A stretch of 47,497 bases of DNA from positions 1-47,497 of the forward strand of contig JAYSRO010000445.1 in NCBI GenBank assembly GCA_043720995.1, written 5' to 3'. The notes under the pieces are model-generated. The model saw only the letters and a list, made by a program, of their open reading frames with translations, did no database searches and was not told the DNA's origin. Of this stretch, positions 43,184 to 47,497 are shown one piece after another. Both the position numbers and the translations under genes were made by a program. This DNA comes from Candidatus Eiseniibacteriota bacterium (lineage in GTDB: Bacteria > Eisenbacteria > RBG-16-71-46). The first letter of the stretch is position 1. Each line of letters starts with the position of its first letter.

Positions 43184-44101
43184 ATGACCGCACGACGCGC
43201 CATCGGCATCGATCTCGGCGGCACCACGTTGAACGCGGGCCTCGTCGATGAGTCCGGCGCGATCGAGCACTTCATCCAGGAGCCCTGCCGCGTCGCGGAG
43301 AGCGCGGAGGCGCCGCTGCTTGCGATCGAAGCGGTCGTCGGCCGCCTGCGCAAACTCGCGGGTGAGTCCGTCGTCGCGGTGGGGCTCGGGTTGCCCGGCG
43401 TGATCGACCCGCAACGCGGCGTTCTGGTCGGCAGCACAGCACACCTCCCGCATTGGCGTGACTTTCCCATCCGCGATGTCCTGGGCGCGCGGCTGGGACT
43501 CCCGCTTGTCGTCGACAACGATGCGAACGCCGCCGCGTTCGGCGAATACCGCTGTGGTGCTGCGCGTGGTGCGCGACTCGCGATCATGATCACCGTGGGC
43601 ACGGGTGTTGGCTGTGGGATCGTCGCGGACGGGAAAATTCTGCGCGGCGCTTTCGGCGGTGCAGGCGAGATCGGGCACCTGCCCATCGGGCACGGCGAGG
43701 TCGATTGTCGCTGCGGCGTGCCGAACTGTATCGAACCCCAGATGTCGGGCAGCGGGCTCACCCTCGAGGCGGAGCGTGAGGGGTTGGTGGCACGCAGTGC
43801 GTCAGAGTTGTTCGCGGCCGCCGCAAACGGCGGCGACGCGGCCACTCGCATGGTCGATGCGATGACCGACAGCCTCGCGCTCACGCTCTCGATTGCGATC
43901 AACCTCTTGAACCCGGACGTGGTGGTGATGGGAGGCGGAGTGATGAACGTGGGGGAGCCGTTGCTCGCAAGGTTGCGCGCAGGCGTGAAGCACTACGCGC
44001 TCGCATCACATCGTCGCGAGCTTAAGCTGGTCGCGAGCACTCTCGGCGAACGTTCGGGCGTCGCCGGTGCTGGCCTGCTGGCGCTTGCGGACACGCGCTG
44101 A
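43184..44101 (+). CDS. ROK-family sugar kinase
   Basis: IGIDLGGT, DNDANAAAFGE, GTGVGCG, GEIGH, CRCG...C.E Zn motif; no HTH domain. Confidence 0.93.
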   Translation: MTARRAIGIDLGGTTLNAGLVDESGAIEHFIQEPCRVAESAEAPLLAIEAVVGRLRKLAGESVVAVGLGLPGVIDPQRGVLVGSTAHLPHWRDFPIRDVLGARLGLPLVVDNDANAAAFGEYRCGAARGARLAIMITVGTGVGCGIVADGKILRGAFGGAGEIGHLPIGHGEVDCRCGVPNCIEPQMSGSGLTLEAEREGLVARSASELFAAAANGGDAATRMVDAMTDSLALTLSIAINLLNPDVVVMGGGVMNVGEPLLARLRAGVKHYALASHRRELKLVASTLGERSGVAGAGLLALADTR

Positions 44102-44143
44102 GCGCCACTTGCCTCCGCCGCGATCCGCACGCAGGGTGACCTG

Positions 44144-45478
44144 ATGCGCATTCCCGCATTCCTACGCCCCCTGCCCGACGCCACGGTTCGCCTCGAGGGC
44201 GAAGCGCGGGACAACTTGTACCGCTCCACCCGCACGCGCGTCCTCTCCGGGCTGACGATCGTGTACGCGTTCTTCTACACGACGCGCAGCGTGCTCGACG
44301 TGGTCAAGAAGCCGCTGATCGACGCGCACATCTACAACGCGGACCAACTCGGCACGCTGGGCACCTGCCTGCTCGGCGCCTACGCCATCGGCAAACTCCT
44401 GAACGGCATGCTCGCCGACCGCGTGCGCGTCTCGCGCTTCTTGGCGCTGGGGTTGGGCTTGAGCGCCGTGTTGAACATCCTCATGGGCTTCAACACGATG
44501 TTCATCGCCGCCTGCGCGCTGTGGGTGATGAATGGCTACAGCCAGGGCGTGGGTGCCGCGACGAGTGTGCGCAGCCTGACGCAGTGGTTCAGCGGGCGCG
44601 AGCGCGGGCGCGCGTACGGCATCTGGAGCGCCGCGCATTCGCTCGGTGAGGGGACCACCTACTTGGCGACGGGCACGCTCGTCGCGCATCTCGGCTGGCG
44701 CGCGGGATTCCTGGCCCCCGGCATCGCCTGCGCAATCATCGCCATCGCTGCATTGTTCGTGTTGCGCGATCGGCCGCAAGCCTATGGCCTCCCCGACGTG
44801 CACGAGTGGCGAGGCGAGCCTCACCACGAGACCGCGGCCTCCACGCGCGCCGCGCAACTCGAAGTCATCCGCAATCCCGCGGTGTGGACCTGTGCGCTCG
44901 CCAGCGCCTTGATGTTCATCACGCGCTACGGCGTCAAGAGCTGGGGCGTCCTCTACCTGCAGGAAGAGCGTGGCTACTCGTTGCTGTCGGCGACGGCGTT
45001 CATCGGCATCAACACCGTCTCGGGATTGTTCGGCGCCGTGAGCTACGGGTTCGTCAGCGACCTGTGGTTCAAGGGCCGCCGCGCGCCGGCGACGCTGTTG
45101 TTCGGCATCATCGAAGTGGCGGCACTCGTGGTGTTGTTCTTCGGGCCGCGCAACGCCTACGTGTTGACCGGCGCCATGATCGTGTACGGCTTCACGCTGT
45201 CCGGGATCCTCGCGGTGCTCGGCGGGCTGCTCGCCGTCGATGTGTCCTCGAAGCGCGCCGCCGGCATGGCGATGGGCTTCATCGGTTTCATTTCGTACAT
45301 CGCCGCCGCGGCGCAGGAAAAGCTCTCGGGACAGTTCCTCAATGCCCACATGACCGTGCTGGCCGACGGCACGCGTCACTTCCGCGATTGGTCGGGCCCG
45401 ATCGCGCTGTGGATCGGCGGCTCGATCGCGAGCACGCTACTCGCCGCCACACTGTGGCGCGTGAAGCCCCGCGGCTAG
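44144..45478 (+). CDS. MFS transporter, GlpT/UhpT (organophosphate:Pi antiporter) family
   Basis: YAFFYTTR, YAIGKLLNGMLADR, WFSGRERG...W..AH..G, RDRPQAYGLP, FITRYGV..W; about 12 TM segments. Confidence 0.92.
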   Translation: MRIPAFLRPLPDATVRLEGEARDNLYRSTRTRVLSGLTIVYAFFYTTRSVLDVVKKPLIDAHIYNADQLGTLGTCLLGAYAIGKLLNGMLADRVRVSRFLALGLGLSAVLNILMGFNTMFIAACALWVMNGYSQGVGAATSVRSLTQWFSGRERGRAYGIWSAAHSLGEGTTYLATGTLVAHLGWRAGFLAPGIACAIIAIAALFVLRDRPQAYGLPDVHEWRGEPHHETAASTRAAQLEVIRNPAVWTCALASALMFITRYGVKSWGVLYLQEERGYSLLSATAFIGINTVSGLFGAVSYGFVSDLWFKGRRAPATLLFGIIEVAALVVLFFGPRNAYVLTGAMIVYGFTLSGILAVLGGLLAVDVSSKRAAGMAMGFIGFISYIAAAAQEKLSGQFLNAHMTVLADGTRHFRDWSGPIALWIGGSIASTLLAATLWRVKPRG

Positions 45479-45674
45479 CCGCACAACCGGTCGGTGCGCC
45501 ACCCCGTGCGCCGCGTGGAACGCCGCGGTCCGCCCGCTCCCGGCTGTGCATTGCATTTTGCCCTCAAGCGCGCCGCCGGCTGCGCCGAAACCCCCTGCGT
45601 AGGCGGCACCACTCGAAATTGGGGCGTTTGCGCGAGGACAACGATGGCGCACGCGTTCCCGCCTCAACTTGGGG

Positions 45675-46331
45675 ATGACCATGCTGACCCTCCTGCCCGC
45701 CGGTGGCCGCGCCGAACGATTCGACGGTATCTATAAAGAGCTGCTGCCGATCGGCGAGTCCAAATTCCTGCTGAGCGAAGCGATTCGCCGCGGCCATGCG
45801 CTGGGGTCCGACCGCGCGCGCGTCATTTCGAACGCCGACAAGGCTTCGACCCACGCCAAGTTCCTGGCGCGTCACGCCTCGAACTTTTCCGTGGAACTCT
45901 CGGTGCGCTCGGAACAGGACGAGCACTTGTGGGCCGCGCTGCGGCGCGAGATTCCGCTCGATGAAGCAGCGCTGCTGGTGTTGCCCGACACGAAGTGGAC
46001 CTGCAACGACCGGATTCCCGCAGGCTCGCACATCGCCTTCGGCACTTTTGCCACCGACGAACCGCATCGCTTCAGCCTCGTGCACGAGGGCGGCATTCTC
46101 ACGAAGCCCGACGACCGCGTGGGTCGCTGGCAGGCATGGGGCTGTGTGTACTGGAGTGCCAGGGTCGCCGAGTTCTGGAAGGATCAGGAACTGCTGCAAG
46201 GCGACTACCCCGAGTACGACCGCGCCTTCGAGGCCGCCATGCGCGAGTTCGGCTACGACACGTTCCGGATCGAGGACTATCACGACATGGGCACGTGGAA
46301 CGCCTACTCGTCGTTCTTGAGGGCCGCATGA
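45675..46331 (+). CDS. Short sugar-phosphate nucleotidyltransferase-like protein
   Basis: LLPAGGRAERF....KELLPIG N-terminal signature, LPDT, KP, YHDMGTW; 218 aa. Confidence 0.75.
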   Translation: MTMLTLLPAGGRAERFDGIYKELLPIGESKFLLSEAIRRGHALGSDRARVISNADKASTHAKFLARHASNFSVELSVRSEQDEHLWAALRREIPLDEAALLVLPDTKWTCNDRIPAGSHIAFGTFATDEPHRFSLVHEGGILTKPDDRVGRWQAWGCVYWSARVAEFWKDQELLQGDYPEYDRAFEAAMREFGYDTFRIEDYHDMGTWNAYSSFLRAA

Positions 46332-46999
46332 ACGTCCACTACTGCCTGCCGACCTACAACCAGCCGAAGCTGCTGCGCCGCGCGGTCGAAGCCGCGCTGA
46401 AGAGCGACATCGAACTGGCCGGCATCACGGTGATCGACTTGAGCCCCGAGCACTATGCGCAGGACATGCTCGTGGGTTTTCCCGGCGTAATGGTCGGCAC
46501 GATGCCCACGAACATCGGCCTGGCGGCGTGCTGGAACCTGCTGTTCGCGATGCACGACGACCACATCATCATCGGGAACGACGATGTCATCGTCGAGCCC
46601 GGCACGTTGCGTGAAATGGTGACGGCCGCAGAGACCTCCCCGGAAGCGTTGTTCTTCGGCTTCAAGGACCAGTTCTCGTTCTTCCTGCTGAAGAAGGCCG
46701 CCTTTCTGCAGGCCGGCCCCTTCGATCCCGCGTTCTGGCCGATCCACTGGGAAGACGTCTGCATGGGTTATCGCCTGAGCCAGCTGGGCTACACGCCTGT
46801 CGTGGTGGAGTCGGCGCGATTCGAACACGAGCACAGCCGCTCCCTGAACTCCCTGAAGGGCGAGGCGACCGACCGCTTCTGGCAGCGCTTCAAGCGCAAC
46901 CAGGCCTACTACGAAGACAAGTGGGGCGGGACGCGCAACGAGGAGAAGTACAAGGTCCCGTTCAACGGCGAACCCGCGCGCGTTCCGCCCTTCGTCTAG
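46328..46999 (+). CDS. Glycosyltransferase family 2
   Basis: LPTYNQP, NIGLAACWN, NDDV (DxD-like), GPFDPAF...WEDV, HEHSRS; ATGA overlap with the upstream gene. Confidence 0.88.
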   Translation: MNVHYCLPTYNQPKLLRRAVEAALKSDIELAGITVIDLSPEHYAQDMLVGFPGVMVGTMPTNIGLAACWNLLFAMHDDHIIIGNDDVIVEPGTLREMVTAAETSPEALFFGFKDQFSFFLLKKAAFLQAGPFDPAFWPIHWEDVCMGYRLSQLGYTPVVVESARFEHEHSRSLNSLKGEATDRFWQRFKRNQAYYEDKWGGTRNEEKYKVPFNGEPARVPPFV

Positions 47000-47006
47000 C
47001 CGCTCG

Positions 47007-47246
47007 TCACGCGGGCGGCTTCCAGCCCGGCCGGCCGAGCCCGCGCGCAACCGCGATCTTGAGGCAATCCACGCACCGGTCCATCGCCGGAGCCTGCATG
47101 CCGAATCGCTCGCTGACGTTGGCGCCGCACAACGCGATCGGCCACTCGGGATTCAACACGAGGTGCGCGACCCGCTCCTTCGCCCCCGTCTCCGAGAGCG
47201 CCTCTTCCAACAACGTCGCAATCCCCTGCCCCGTGGAATCCGTCAT
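47007..47246 (-). CDS. Hypothetical protein (79 aa)
   Basis: GAAGGGAG RBS before the ATG; contains H...LCG...RCVDC, a possible Zn-binding motif. Confidence 0.5.
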   Translation of the reverse strand: MTDSTGQGIATLLEEALSETGAKERVAHLVLNPEWPIALCGANVSERFGMQAPAMDRCVDCLKIAVARGLGRPGWKPPA

Positions 47247-47418
47247 GTTGCTCCCTTCGATGCGATCGGTGGGTTCCAGACCTGCTATTGCGCTCGGCTA
47301 GAATATAGCGCAGACGAGGATCGGCTCAGCATGGGCTATCGTGGCGGCGATGTCGTCGGTGCCCAGCATCCGCTCGCACGGCACCATGCGGTGGCCCATC
47401 ACCAGCCGGGGGGAAGTC

Positions 47419-47497
47419 ATGACGCACGCGTCCCGAATTCTATGTTGCGTATTCAGCATGTTCACGTTGCTGGCGCTGTCCGGGTGCGCGAAGCCCG
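47419..47497 (+). CDS. 5' end of a lipoprotein, truncated by the window edge
   Basis: MTHASRILCCVFSMFTLLALSGCAKP with an LSGC lipobox; G-rich RBS. Confidence 0.6.
   Translation, partial: MTHASRILCCVFSMFTLLALSGCAKP

Noticed and set aside
1-47497. CRISPR array, integron attC array, tRNA/rRNA, intact integrase or transposase
   Set aside because: No regularly spaced short repeats, no convincing RYYYAAC/GTTRRRY cassette ends, no cloverleaf or rRNA-like segments and no recombinase motifs were found by eye.

Overview
High-GC bacterial window that looks like a patchwork accessory region. The abundance of secreted proteins ending in a FlgD-Ig/T9SS-CTD-like domain, the TolB-propeller Ser/Thr kinases and an SWxxLKxxYR-tailed protein suggest an FCB-superphylum lineage such as Ca. 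Eisenbacteria (inference only). About 35 genes are supportable. In order: a GH13 glucan-branching-type enzyme with CTD, two divergent Ser/Thr kinase paralogs, a GAF-anti-sigma kinase, mgsA, an aldo/keto reductase, a degenerate-GGDEF membrane protein with a pilin-like partner, peptidases, an iodotyrosine-deiodinase-like flavoprotein, and a glycosylation cassette (GT4, epimerase, WecA-deacetylase fusion) bracketed by an intact and a decayed AAA-DUF4143 gene. These are followed by a 1336-aa protein with four Cys-rich repeats, a methyltransferase, a GAF histidine kinase, DUF885, an NHL protein, a diheme cytochrome c and a ROK/MFS/NTP-transferase/GT2 block. The most notable non-gene signals are: (i) a 42-bp repeat ending in an IS91 oriIS-like TTCCTATCCAT directly after cargo genes, plus an IS91-like transposase tail; (ii) a structured RNA candidate resembling the EAR/epsC element upstream of the pilin/GGDEF pair; (iii) a conserved 37-bp palindrome in front of both AAA-DUF4143 copies; (iv) two cases of diverged 100-130 bp partial gene duplications flanking an opposite-strand gene. 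No rRNA, tRNA or CRISPR array was seen. All family assignments come from motif recognition by eye, not from database searches.
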